Below are positions 41,598 to 56,082 of a stretch of DNA of 64,000 nucleotides, in pieces. Position numbers and translations under genes: made by a program. Under the pieces are notes generated by a model. It saw only the letters and a program-made list of their open reading frames with translations, had not been told where the DNA came from and ran no database searches. The DNA lies in assembly GCF_009914755.1 (NCBI RefSeq), contig NC_060930.1. One strand, written 5' to 3'. The DNA comes from the human T2T-CHM13v2.0 reference genome, Homo sapiens. Every line of letters begins with the position of its first letter. The first letter of the stretch is position 1.

Positions 41598-44360
41598 TCT
41601 CCTCAACAAAATACTAGCAAACCAAATCGAACAGCACATAAAAACCTAATTTCTTAGCTTTTTGATGAAATAGCTGTTTCCTCACCTTTTCTATCGTCTA
41701 GAGGTAACCTACATTCCTTGGCTCATGGCCCATTCCTCTATATTTAAAGTCAGCAGCGGAGTATCTTCCCTTTGACTTCTGGCCTCCCTCTTATATGGAC
41801 ACGTGTGATAGTGTCAGCTCACTTGCCTAATCCAGGATAATATCCCCATCTCAAGATTCTGAATTTCATCACATCTATAAAGTCCTTTTGCCATGTAAAG
41901 TAACGTATAATCACAGGCTCCACAGATTAGGGTGTGATCATTTGCATCCCAGGGAAAAAGCCTACCATGATCCCTTGTGTCCCAGGGATAAAGCCCACGA
42001 TGATCAAGTAGGCTTTATCCCTGATAGGAAAGGTTGGTTCAACATATGCAAATCAATACATGTGATTCATCACATAAACAGAAATGAAAACAAAAACCAC
42101 ATGATTATCTCAATACACGCAGAAAAGGCTTTCAATAAAATTCAACATCCCTTCATGTTAAAAACCCTCAATAAACTAGGCATTGAAGGAACATACTTCA
42201 AAACAATAAGAGCAATCTGTAAAAAACCCACAGCCAACATCATACTGAATGGGCAAAAGCTGGAAGCATTCCCCTTGAAAACTGGCACAAGACATGGATG
42301 CCCTCTCTCACCACTCCTATTCAACATAGTACTGGAAGTCCTGGCCAGAGCAATCAGGCAAGAGAAAGAAATGAAAGGCATCCAAATAGAAAGAGAAGAA
42401 GTTAAACTATTCTTGGTAGCAAAAGACATGATTCTGTATAAAGAAAACCCCATAATCTTGGTCCAAAAGCTCCTTGATCTGATAAACAACTTTAGATAAG
42501 TTTCAGGATATAAAATAAATGTACAAAAATTTAGCATTCCCATACATCAACAACATCTAAGCTGAGGCCTAAATCAGGAATGCAATCCCATTCACAACTG
42601 CCACAAAAAGAATAAAATACCTAGAAATACTGCTAACCTAAAAGGTAAAACATCTCTACAATGACAATTACAAAACACTGCTAAAAGAAATCAGAAGTGA
42701 CACAAGGAAATGGAAAAAACATCCCATGCTGATGGATACTAAGAATCAGTATCATTACAATGACCATACCGTCCAAAGCAATTTATAGATTCAATGCAAT
42801 TTGCTATCAAACTACCAATGACATTGTTCACAGCATTAGAAAAAAACTATTTTAGAATTTGTATGGAATTAAAAAAGAGCCCTAATAGCCAAGGCAATCC
42901 TAAGAAAAAAGAACAAAGTTAGAGGCATCACCTTACTCAAATGATACCAGAGGGCTACAGTATCCAGAATAGCATGATACCGGTACAAAAACAGATATAT
43001 ACACCAATGGAATAGAATAGAGAACCCAGAAATAATGCCACACATCTACAAATATCTGATCTTCAACAAAGCTGACAAAAACAAGCAATGGGGAAAGGAC
43101 TCCCCATTTTATAAAGGGTGCTGAGATAAGTGACTAGCTCCATGCAGAAGATTGAGACTGGATGCCAAACTTGCACCACATACAAAAATCAACTCAAGAT
43201 GAATTAAAGACTTAAATGTAAAAATGAAAACTGTTAATATAAAAACTCTGAAGATAACCTAGGAAATATCATTCTGGACATAGGACTTGGCCAAGATTTC
43301 ATGCCGAAGATGCCAAAAGCAATTGCAACAAAAACAAAAATTGACAAATGAGGCCTATTTAAACTAAAGAACTTCTCACAGTAAAAGAAACTATCAACAG
43401 TGGAAACAGACAGTCTACAAAATGAGAGAAAATATCTGCATACAATGCATTTGACAAAGGTCTAATATCTGGCATCTAGAAAGAACTTAAACAAATTTAT
43501 AAGAAAGAAACAATGCCGTTTAAAAGTCAGCAAAAGACATAAACAGACACTTTCCAAAAGAAGATACACATGCGGCCAAGCATATGAAAAAATGCTCAAT
43601 ATCATTAATCATTAGAGAAATGCAAATCAAAACCGCAATGAGATACCATCTCGTACCAGGTGGAATGGCTATTATCAAAAAGTCAAATTATTAATAACAG
43701 ATACATCAAGGCTATGGAGAAAAGGGAATGCTTATACACTGCTGGTGGGAATGTAAATTACCTTAGCTATTGTGGAAAATGGTGTAATGATTCCTCCAAG
43801 AACTTAAAACAGAACTACTCTTCCACCAAGCAATCCCATTAGCGGGTATATACCCAAAGGAATATAAATCATTCTACCATAAAGACATATGCACGAGTAT
43901 GTTCATTGCAGCACTGTTCACAACAGCAAATACATGAAATCAACCTAAATGCCCATCAACAGTAGATTGGGTAAAGAAAATGTGGTACATAGACCCCATG
44001 GAATACTATGCAGTCATAAAAAGAATGAGGTCATTTCCTTTGCAGCACCATGGATGGAGCTGCAGGCCATCATCCTAAGCAAACTAAATGGAAAAGAGCC
44101 AAATACCACATGTTCTCACTTATAAGTGGGAGCTAAACATAAGAACACATGGATACTAGAAGGTGAACCACATGCACTGGGGTCTACTTGACGGTGGAGG
44201 GTGGGAGGAGGAAGAAGATCAGAAAAAATACCTATTGAGTACTATGCTTATTACCTGGATGATGAAATTATCTGTACTCCAAACCCCTGTGATGCGCAGT
44301 TTACCTGTATAACAAACCTGCACATATACCCATGAACCTAAAATAAAAGTTAAAAAAACC
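41598..44360 (+). mobile_element. L1PA15/16-like 5'-truncated element (RT region to poly-A) with a complex insertion at 41651-42000
   Basis: ORF2 RT motifs ([41 protein letters not shown]); 3' end 'gaacctaaaataaaagttaaaaaa'; candidate degenerate TSD CAAATTA(T/C)CTT at 41584-41594 and 44368-44378. Confidence 0.9.
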
Positions 44361-45136
44361 TAAACCCCAAATTACCTTCAACCTTCATGAGTTTTTACAT
44401 TTGAAAGTTAAATCGATAACTTAATGACAATAATTCAACTCTCTCATGCTTATCCCCCTCATCTAACCCAAAACAAAACAAGATTGGATACTGAGGTGAG
44501 GAACCTTTGAATTTTTAAATAGTATTAGGTCTAGCAGAACCTCAGAAAGACACGTTTACATTAAGAGGACTTTGACTATTGATATGGGCATGTAAGTTCT
44601 TTACTGCCACGTTCCTAGTAATTCCTGAATTGCACATGTATGAAATGACATTAATTCTCTCATACTTTAGGGTTGCTTGTCAGTGCCTAGAAGGAATACA
44701 GTCTCTGTGGCCAGTCTTCCTGGATCAACAAGAGCCTTGTAGTTTCCCATTTTTCATGTGCTAATAGTGAAAATGTTTAGAAAGCCCCATCTATCCTCCC
44801 ACATTGGCATCCCACTGATGTGCTGTCCTGGTTGCTAGGTGCAGATTTAGGTTCCAAGCAGAACACTGCTAGTGTTCTCTGCAGTTTGTTGTAGAATCAT
44901 AGTGTCTTGGCAACCAAAGGCAGATCTGGTGCTATGGAGGACCTGCTTACTGCTATGAGGTGTTACTTTATAGAGGTCCTGGAGAAGCTGATTGAGGCCA
45001 CGTCAATGTTGCAAGGAGACATGAGACTCACATCAGAGTTCTATGGCTTAACATGGGGGATGGTGGTAAGTGCGGCTCTATTTGGATTTTGTAATTATAA
45101 AAGCCCACTTTATGTAGAGAGAAAAAAAAGAGTTTA

Positions 45137-45510
<374 letters not shown>

Positions 45511-45644
45511 TGTATGAAAAGCTAAATTATTTTTCATGGAGTCCTGCCCTGAGAACAAGGCATCAAATCCTCTAAGTGTATAGGAAATTTGAGTTCAAAA
45601 TAGATGCTTTGAAAAAAATAAAGAAAATGTTTTTGAAAAATGCA

Positions 45645-46415
45645 AATTTTAACAGATTTAGGGTATAGAAGTGCAGTTGTGTTCCATGGATATATTTACA
45701 TAGTGAAGTCTGAGATTTCAGTGTATCCATCATCCAAATAGGATACATTGTCCTCAATAGGTAGTCTTTCATCCCTCAACCCTTTCCCAACTTCCCACCT
45801 TTTGGAGTCTCCAATGTCATTATTTCATTCTGTATCCACATGTACCCATTGTTTAGCTCCCACTTATAATTGATAATATCTAGCATTTGGCTTTCTGTTT
45901 TTGAGTTATTTCACTTAAGCCAATGGCCTCCAGTTCCATCCAAGTTGTTATAAAAGACATGACTTCAGTCTTTTTATGGGGAAGTAGTATCACATTTTAG
46001 AAATCCAATAGTCCATTGATGGACACTCAGGTTGATTCTATTACTTTGCTATTGTGAATAGTGCTGCGATATACATAGACATGCAGGTTTCTTTCTGATA
46101 TAATGATTTACCTTTAGGTTGATATCCAATAATGGGATTGCTGGGTCAAATGGTAGTTCCATTTTTAGTTCTTTGAAAAGTCTCCATACTGTTTTCCACA
46201 GGGCTTGTACTAATTTACATTCCCACCAACAGTGTATGTATTCTTTTTTTCTCTATACCCTTGGCAAAATTTGTTTTTTTTTTTTTTGTCTTGATTTTTT
46301 TAATCATGGCCATTTTGAATGGCATAAGGTAATATCTCATTGTGGTTTTAACTTGCAATTCTCTTATGATTAACATTTGTTCATATGTTTATTGGCCATT
46401 TATATGTGATCTTTG
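45645..46415 (-). mobile_element. L1PB/L1MA 3' fragment inside the CTAGE retrocopy
   Basis: Reverse L1 3' end 'gatttagggtatagaagtgcagttgtgttccatggata...gggattgctgggtcaaatggtagttc...atctcattgtggtttta'. Confidence 0.88.
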
Positions 46416-46447
46416 GAAAAAAAAAGAACATCTTAAAGTTCAGAATG

Positions 46448-46779
<332 letters not shown>

Positions 46780-47220
46780 TTACATTCATGGCTAGGTTTA
46801 GAATATGGGTTGAGTCACTGGAAGATGTGTTGAATGAAGTCTTTTAAATAGTGAGAACCTGATGCCAAAATGACCTTAAAACTATGTCAAAAGAGAAAAA
46901 CCCCACTTAAGACAGCAATAAAATAGGGTTTGGATGAGCATTTCAATCTTGAGGAAAACCTAACCTGTTTGCAAAATAAGCCTAAGGATTGGATGACAAG
47001 TTTACCACTGGGCAAAAAGATATTTATATCCTTGGATTAAGTGCTAAATGATAAGAAATCAAACCAAATATTTGAGTGAACAATTGATGAATATTCACTA
47101 CTATACTTGGAGAAGATAAAATGGATGTTGGGACTTAGAACTAGATCAAATCAGAATGAGTATCGATCAATGTTCAGTCAAAGGGGGTTGGAGGAAATTT
47201 GTTTATGCTTCTTAAAACGC

Positions 47221-47585
<365 letters not shown>

Positions 47586-48139
47586 TGAAGCCTTTAAAAA
47601 TCACACTGAACATATTCAGCATGAATTAAGCATTTTTCTAGCACGAAAATGTAGCTTGAAAGTAAGTAAGGTTCAGAACATTTAGCCAAATGTTTAAGTA
47701 ATTTCTAAACTGTATTGAGAAAATGGAATAGTTTCATGGATTATATGTATTAGAAAAAGTTAATTAGAAAGTTTTCAAATACACATTAAGTGATAGATAC
47801 AGAAAAAAAAAACAAAATTCTTAGAGAAAAAATGAAAAAACTGACCTGTTCTTATCAAAGACATGATTTCCCATATTTAAAAAAGCTTGTAATAATTGAT
47901 TTACAATTAAGTTGACTGAAGAAAATCTCACTGATTTAAGAAAATCTATATGAAAGTCCAGATGCCAGTATTTTTTCCTATAAAAATCTTCATAGTCAAT
48001 ATTAAGGCTTTGTAAATTGAGATACAAAATTGAAGTATTATGAAAGTACTCATGTAACAAGATTGAAAATAAATTCTCACAAATTCCTTTGTCACTAAAA
48101 CAAAAGCACTGAAAATTTATGCTAGCAAGAATGCAAAGT

Positions 48140-51100
48140 GAGGGAAACTCTCTTTGATTGCTGGAAGAAATGCAAAGTGGTACAACTAATTTGACCATTT
48201 GGCAATTTTTATAAAGTTTAATATAGTCTTGCCATATGACTTAACAATCACATTCCTAAGTATTTACACCAGTGAATTAAATCTTATGTCCATGTAAAAA
48301 TTTGCATGCAAGTATTTATATCAGTGTTATTCATAATTACTCAAAACTGTAAGCAACCCATGCCCTTCAATAGGGGAAAAATAATCTTGGGTATTTCCAT
48401 ACAATGATCTATGATTTTGTGGAAATTGATTGATGAATGAATACTATTGATCAAAGGGATGGAATGAGCTACTGATACATGCAACAACATGAATATTTGT
48501 TAAGTGTATTTCACTAAATGAATGAAGCCAGACTTCAAAGTCTGAATATTGTATGAGTTCATTCATAAGACATCTGGAAAAAGAAAACCTGTTGGGATGG
48601 AAACACACCAGTGTTATCCAGGGCTTAGTGTAGGGGAGATTAGTTGATTACAAAGAATACACGCAGGGGACATTTTAAATGATAGAGTTGTCTTGTATGG
48701 TGCTGCACTAGTAATATGCAAGTCTATGATTTATTAATCCCCAAGAAGTGTATCACAAAATTGCACTCAAATGCATGCAAATAAACAAGCAAAAGTTTCA
48801 CCAAGATGCAGGAAGATCCTAGAATGGTATGCAGACAGTGACAAATCAATCTCACGTTATATAAATGTGTAAGCTAACGACCCTGAAAAGAGTAGAGAAG
48901 AAGTAAATACTGACTTTGGTTATTTTGAGAAATAATATTTTGATTAAAAAATGTCAGGCTAAAGAGAAAAGTAACTGTGCATAAGTACTGTATTCTAAAT
49001 GGTAATTTTTTTCTCATGTGGGTACAGCTAATTTTGTAATTGCTTCACAAGCATACTAGTGTTGAACAAAAATGTTAAAAGATGAACAGTGGCATCCAGG
49101 TTTCTCACTGTTGGTATGAGAAGTTATAGGTAAACAAGAAAGGAAGGCCAGAATGATCATGAGGGACTGTGCTAGAGTCAGAGTTACACTGTGACATCAT
49201 GTTTAAACACAAGCACGAATACACACGGACACACACATAGATGGACAAATATAGAAGCAATGACAGATATGTGTGTATTCAGGGCTTACTGTGTGAACAC
49301 ACATTACCTAGCCCTTTCTGCTGAAATAATCTAGAAACAAAGTTACCCTCACAGCAGTGTGCGCATGTCTGCCATGTCCAGTGAAAAGAACCAGAGATCC
49401 TTGGGGAAATGTCTGATTCTAAGATATTTCTAAGGCTGGTGAAAAAATATATAAGATAAGCCTGGAGGAGAAGGACCAGTAATACCAGAAATCAAGGAGG
49501 GGCCTTGAAGAGAAAAGGATAGCAAAAGGATGAAGACCTGTCCAAGACCCAGCAGCCAGCATGAAAGAGCTCTCAATGGGGAAAGCTGGAACAATTTCAA
49601 CAACAAAATAAATAACATATCACTGGATTATAATCTGAAGTATAAAAAGTATGAGTCCATACTGTTAAATGATTGAATAAATACATAAATGGAGAAGAAG
49701 AGAGAAATCTTCCTTACTGATCTATTAATAGTCTCCACTTTTGGGGGTGGAGCTCGTGATCTCCTTCATTAAGTATAGGCTGGATTCAGTGACTGTCTTC
49801 CAAGGAATAGAGTATGGAAAGGTAACAATTGTAAGTTTAAGTTTTATTTAGTGCAAACACTACCTTAAGCAAGTGATTAAAGTCAGCACCATCAGTAATG
49901 CCATGTAGATATTATGTAACCCCTGCTCTGATGGGATAAAAAAGGCACTTTACCTCTGTGGTCACCTCTTCAAAAATTCAAAGGCCCAGTGTAATTGATG
50001 GCAGCTGTGGCCTGTGTGCAGTGGCTGCTGCCATGACGTTGGCTGCAGTGGGAGAGGTGCGGGTGGGGCTGTGCGCTCGATGGAGCCCGAAGGAGCTGGG
50101 AACAGGCAAAAGCCCCCACCCCTTATGAGTTGGCAGGCAGGTGCCTTGTGCTCCCCAGGCTCAGTTGCAGCTGCCCAGCTGTGGCTGCAGACCCAGGTAT
50201 CCCTGTGCTCTTGGGGTCCGGGAGCAGGCAGAAACCTCACCCTCCCGGGTGCAGCTGCAGCTGCTCAAGATGTGGCTACAAACCTGGGCATCCCTGTTCT
50301 CTTGGGTGCCAGGAGCCCTGCCCTTCTGGGTGCAGTTGCAGGTGCGCAAGCTGTGGCTGTGGATCTGGGCATCTCCACACTTTTGGGGACCCGGGAAAGA
50401 ACCCTTGCCCCCGTGCAGACTCGGAGGTGCCTGCTCCTGCTGCCTGGCCTCTGCCTGCTCCTGGCACCAGCTCTGATCTCGGAGCGGAGTTGAGGCTGAG
50501 CCCTGGGGCTTTTGCAACCTGGCCTGGTGTGTGCATGCTTGGGGCATTGCTGACACACCAGCATCCTGCTGCCTGAGCCCCGCTCTGGACTTTGGGCACC
50601 AGTAAGCAAGGAAGGGAGGCTGGGGAGGTGCTGAAGGCAGCTTGGCCCTGGCCTGCAGGTGACCCTCGGCAGGAACAGCCTGGGTGCCATGAACAGTGGC
50701 AGGAGGCAGACAGGCTACTGGACAGAGAGGGATGGGTCCCCAGTGAGGCCCCACCTTCAACCCAGGGAAGGCTTGAAGCCTGAGAGCCGGGCTGCCAGCC
50801 TCGCAGACTGGAGTGGGAATTTATGATGCTTTTTCTGGGCCTGCACATGGTTGCCCAAGGGCCAATCAGCACCTACTTCCTCTCCTCTGAAGCCCATAAA
50901 AACTCCCGGACTCAGCCAGATTGAAAAAGATGACAAGACAACCAGCTGCAGAGAGGAGGTACCCACCCTAGGGTCTCCTCTCTGCTGAGAGCTGAAAAGG
51001 CAATGGTACGGCCAGCTGTGAAAGGAGCTATCCACCTCAGGGTCTCCTCTCTGCTGAGAGTTGAACACTGGTCAGGACACCCTGGCTGTGGAGAGGAGCT

Positions 51101-52140
51101 ACCCTCTATGTGTCTCCTCTGAGCTGTTCTGTTGCTCAGAAAAGCTCCTTTTCACCTAACTCACCCTCCACTTTCTGCATATCTCATTCTTCCTGGGTGC
51201 AGGACAAGAACTTGGGACCCACCGAATGGCATGGCTGAAAGAGCAGTCACACAAACAGGGCTAAAACATACCCTTTCCTCACTCACCACATTGCAGGCGA
51301 CAAAAAGGAGTGAAGAGCTGCTGCCCTTCGGGGAGCCCAGACCTAAGAGCTCCCTGAGTCAGGGCTGTGACAGCCTCTTTGGCTCTGTGGTTCCTGGTGT
51401 CTCTTAGCTTCTGGGCACCACTGCATTCTGCAGCATCAGCCATGGAAGCTGCTTGCAGTACACCTGCTCCAGCTGCAGCCTTGCAGGGAGCTGGTGCCTG
51501 TGTTGGTGCCTGGAACTGCCTGCCCTGCCACAGCAAGCATGCCTGGCTGTGTGCAGTAGGTGGACCCCACACTTTCTCGCTCATACACGCCTCGCTGCTC
51601 TGCTTGCCCTTGGCAGGTATGGGATCCAGGCTGGTATTGTGAGCTGAGCACAGCCTGCTAGGCTGAGTGGGCCAGTGGGCCTGAGGAAAACTTGGGCATA
51701 GGTGCCACTAGGGACAGAGGTTTTCGCTGGTGAAGTGATACCCCAAGGATCCCATAACATAATCATGAGAAAACATCGGACAAACCATGATTGAAGTGCA
51801 TTTTATAACATACCTGAGCAGTACTCAAAATTATCAATATCAAGAAAAACAAGGAAACAGATTCAGGAAACTGAAACATGACAACTAAATGCAATGGGGT
51901 GTTCTGGATTGAATTTTGCAACAAAAAAAGAACATTAAAGAAAATCCTGCTGAAATCCAAAGATAGTCTGGAGTTTCAGTGATAGTAACATACCAATGTT
52001 AGTTTCCTAATTTTGAAAAATAAACCAGAGAAATGTAACATTAAGGGAAAGTGAAACTGGGTAAGGGGTATTTGGGAATTCTCCATGCCATCTTTGCAAC
52101 TTTTCTGTAAAGCTAAAATTATGTCAAAATAAAGCATGTA
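48140..52140 (+). mobile_element. L1MC-like 3' region interrupted by a MER52 LTR
   Basis: Old L1 motifs 'gagctactgatacatgcaacaacatgaat', 'ggcactttacctctgtggtc', and 'taatcatgagaaaacatc' resuming after the LTR; ends 'tctttgcaactttt ctgtaaagctaaaattat'. Confidence 0.8.
49996..51759 (+). mobile_element. MER52-type ERV1 solo LTR (about 1.76 kb, GC-rich)
   Basis: TG...CA ends with a perfect 4-bp TSD TAAT (49992-49995, 51760-51763); MER52-like motifs, including a repeated 'agggtctcctctctgctgagag'. Confidence 0.88.
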
Positions 52141-52159
52141 TGAAAAATGTATTACACAG

Positions 52160-52490
52160 ATGGGAAGGAACAAGATGTCCAACTAGATGCAGCCAGGAAG
52201 CACCGCTTTCACTGAGAGAGACCAAATTATCGAGTAAATCAACATAAATTGGACAGATCTTAGGAAAGAAAATGCTGAGCGTGAAGAGGCAAAGCTAAAG
52301 CTGAGGCTGTAGAGACAGAAAGCTGGGGACCCTGCTGTTGGGATGGCTTCTGGGAAATTGGCGAATGAGGGAACTGAGGGAATGCTCACTCTTGTCATGG
52401 ACCTCTGGGATCCTAGCTACAAGAGACTGAATGCCCCCCATAAAGGTGTTAGCTGACAGGGGGATCTCCCTGGCGAAGGTTAACACCGCT
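52160..52490 (+). mobile_element. Isolated L1 5' UTR start (L1PB/L1PA15-16-like)
   Basis: 'aacaagatgtccaactagatgcagccaggaagcaccgctttcactgagagagacc' resembles the first bases of old primate L1 5' UTRs. Confidence 0.6.
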
Positions 52491-52872
52491 TCCTCAACCC
52501 CTTCACACACAGACACTTACAGATCATGTAAATGGAAACTCTTCAGGGGATGAGGGAGAATGCAACTCTCTGAGTGTCTTGGTATCAGCAACAGCACAGG
52601 TTAGTAATAAGCCCTGAGGCAGGGAAAGTGATCTCATATCAGGAGTAATTGAATGTGAATCATGGGGAAAATTGAGAGATGTATTGGGATCAAGTGGTAC
52701 TTCAGTTTTCCCCTTAGCCAAAATACATCCCAGAACTTTCTAAATCAACTAGTGCAATGAACTATACTGAATTTTTATTCATGACTTCATTACACTACTA
52801 AAAGATAAAGTCTCTACTCCGGCTTCTAGGTTAATAGTAGCAAAGTATAATATGCCTATTTAAAATGGTCCT

Positions 52873-53255
52873 ATTACCTAAAAAAGTTGATCTCATGGAA
52901 GTAGAGAGTAGAAGAGTGGTTACTAGAGGAGCTGGATAGGGTAGGGTGAAGAGGGGAATGAGGAGAGTATGATCAATAGGTACAAAGTTAGAGTTAGCAT
53001 GAATAAGTTGTAGTGTTTCACTGTACCATAGCGTGACTGTTGTTAACAATAATATACCGTATATTTCAAAATAGGTAGAAAAGAGGATTTTGAATGATCT
53101 CGTCACAAAGAATTGATAAATGTTCAAGGAGATGAATATGCTAATTACCCTAATTTGGTCTCTATACATTGTATATCTATATCAAAACATCATATCTCAT
53201 AAGCATGTACAATTATATGTGAACTAAAAGGAAAATGGAACTAAATAAAGTAAAA
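52873..53255 (+). mobile_element. L1MA 3' end with 12-bp TSD
   Basis: 'gttgatctcatggaagtagagagtagaa...ggtacaaagtt...aagaggattttgaatg'; TSD TAAAATGGTCCT at 52861-52872 and 53256-53267. Confidence 0.9.
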
Positions 53256-54755
53256 TAAAATGGTCCTGCAACATTTTAGCCAGAAAGAAAGGAAAACATA
53301 TTTTAGGCAGAAGGACAGTGGAAAAGAGAAGACAATATTTGATGTTTAATTTTCACAGTTAATGCAAAACAAAAGCGATAGAACAAAAGTTTATGCCATT
53401 TTCACCAATAGAACCATTTTGGAATAGGATCATAAAAAATCAGGTTATAAATTACTGCTAATAATAGCTGACAATTGACTACAGCCAAATAATGAGTTCA
53501 AAAGCATTTTATCATGTTCCATTTTCAGATTTTTTAGATAGTAATTAAAACAATGAATAATTTAGTAGCAACTTTATGTTAAAGGCATAGTTAAATGCAT
53601 AGATAGAACTATTCACAGGAGTTTCACAGACAATAGACCATGTGTCAGTCCTTTATTATAAATATTTTAAAAGGAATGCATCTCAAATTTTTTCCTTCAG
53701 CCATAAAATCTTTGTTTCAAGTGAGATGTTTGTTAAAGTACTTGGTATACCGACTGTCATTTAAAAATCTAAAGACATTTTTTTCAGATAGTTTTCTCAA
53801 ATAGAAAAGACAACCTGGCCATTTCTTGCCAATTATGAATTTTAAAATACAGTCTTAATTATAATATGATATAATGTTCATACTAAGAATTGTGCTCATG
53901 CAAATTGAACGTATTAATCAGAAAATAATTTATGTTAACATATTCCTTAGTTCATATAGAAAAGCCACATAATACCTATATACTAACAAAGCTATTGATG
54001 TACATAGATGACCAGTCAAAATTACTTATTAATAGCCTTATAATGTGACTTGTCAGATGTGCCCATTTGCCTAAGAGTCACATAGTGAATTCAGATTCAG
54101 TCATTAGTTGGTACTCTTTCTAGCAAAATAGCTTCTATGGATTCAAGAAAGAAATGATTAGAGGATTTGCTGCACTTAAGAATTTGAGATCTGAGATAAT
54201 GAATCCCCTGAGATAGAAGAAGATGATGTCCCCATGGTGCAGTTAACTCTACTGTTTGCTCAGTGGAAGGATATTGGAATCATAGCAAGGGGAGAAATTC
54301 CAGAAGCAAATTTTAAAGCAGTTTCTCTGCAAAAACATTTGAATCCTCTCTATTGCCCACTGAGCCCTGCCTCCTCACTATCCTAATGCAGACAGCATAT
54401 CACATATCACATATATTAAAACAACCTTAAGTTGGACACTTATCAGTGTTTCTTATAAATACTATTATTTTACTTTGAAGAGTTTTTCTGGGGAAAGGGG
54501 ATTACAGACTCTAAGACTTAGAAGTGTCTGCAGAAACTACTGTTGTCCACTTCCCAATATTAATTCTTGTTAAAATGTATATTATATATCATACTAAGTA
54601 TGGTATGCATAAACCCTTTATCTTAATATAACATCATGTTAAATTGTTGGATATCTTTAATGTCTCCAAAAAAGAAATGCTAAAATTTCATTTAGATTTA
54701 TCCTTTATAAATAAAATTTTTGATAACAATTAATTCTCTTTTTGCAAGTAATGTC

Positions 54756-55061
54756 TTTTTTTTTTTTTTTTTTTTTTTGAGATGGGAGTCTCACTCTGTT
54801 GCCCAGGCTGGAGTGCAGTGGCACAATCTCCACTCACTTTAACCTGTGCCTCCCAGGTTGAAACCATTCTTGTGCCTTAGCCTCTCAAGTAGCTGGGACC
54901 ACAGGCACATGCCAACACACCTGGCTAATTTTTATAATTTTAGTAGAGATGGGGTTTCACCATGTTGGCCAAGCTGGTCTTGAACTCCTGACCTCAGGTG
55001 GTCTGCTCATTTTGGCCTCCAAAAATTCTGGGATTATAGGCGTGGGCCACTGCTCCCGGCC
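54756..55061 (-). mobile_element. Alu (old S/J)
   Basis: Poly-T followed by a reverse Alu ending 'ctcccggcc'. Confidence 0.93.
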
Positions 55062-55694
55062 AACTGATGTCTATTTCTTCTTGTAGATAATTAGTAACAT
55101 CTTCCGCGGAATTTGACTTCAGTTTTTCTAGAGTCCTTTTAACTTCTGTTTCAAAAACTACTTTCCTTGATATTAAAGTCGTTGAAATAATCTACACCTT
55201 CTGCTCAATCCTGCAGACTTAAAACATCATCACCACTGTCTTTGGCTCATCTCTTTCCCAGAGGACACACATTTAACAAAATTTCCAAGTTAACCTCCTA
55301 TGTTAATCTCTCACACTTCCCCCATCTTTTTCATTTTTACTTCTCTTATCCTACTAGAGAGCCTCATTATCTATTGCAAAGATTGTTGCAGTACATTTAA
55401 CTAATTTCCTATGTTTTTGTACTCCAAGTGGTTTTTTACTTTGCTAAATGTAGTCATAAAATAAAGGTCTTACATTGTCTCAGGGTTTAAAATCCTTCAA
55501 GTTCTCATCTCCTATAGAAACACACATTCTTTAATATCAGCCTTGGTTCTGGTTCCTGGTTCTCATTCAACATAGATCCTCCTTTCAGTCTCCCATATTG
55601 CCCCATGGAATTTCAGATGGAAACATTGAATTCTTCATGATTTTGAATGTATAATTTTAAATTTCCATCATTTTTGCAAGTAGTTTGTTATAAG

Positions 55695-55905
55695 GTGGAA
55701 AAAGCATGAATTTTTGGTAATTGAAAGCTTTCAAATTCTAGTTCTGACGTACACTATGCAAGCTCAAGAATTAGTGAACCACATTTTCATTATCTATCAA
55801 ATGTGGCTGATACATACCTTAAAGGGTTATTGAAAGATTAAATAAGACCATACATACAATATGTTTAACACTTTTACTAGCTCATGGCAGCTTTTCAATA
55901 GTTGT
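55695..55905 (+). mobile_element. MIR SINE
   Basis: 'gtggaaaaagcatgaattt...ttcaaattctagttctgac...ttttcattatctatcaaatg...gggttattgaaagattaaataag'. Confidence 0.65.
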
Positions 55906-56082
55906 GAGTTCTCCTTTTTAACATGACTTTTTGATTATGATTATGATATTTCCTCAGCCAGTGATGTATTACTATATACTCCTATTAAATATTACAATTT
56001 TTATTTGCCTTTTGAAAATATTTTTAATTCTTCTTTGAGTACTTTAATTAGTCTTCTTTTTTCATTCCAAAGGCACATTCTT

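Noticed and set aside
41888-42499. 203-aa reverse transcriptase-like ORF as a novel RT gene
   Set aside because: It is an L1 ORF2 fragment with a non-ATG start in the captured LTR piece, a degenerate catalytic motif (LVAKD) and a stop soon after.
49962-51766. Dense cluster of overlapping ORFs up to 199 aa on both strands
   Set aside because: All lie in the GC-rich MER52 LTR, where long stop-free frames are expected by composition.
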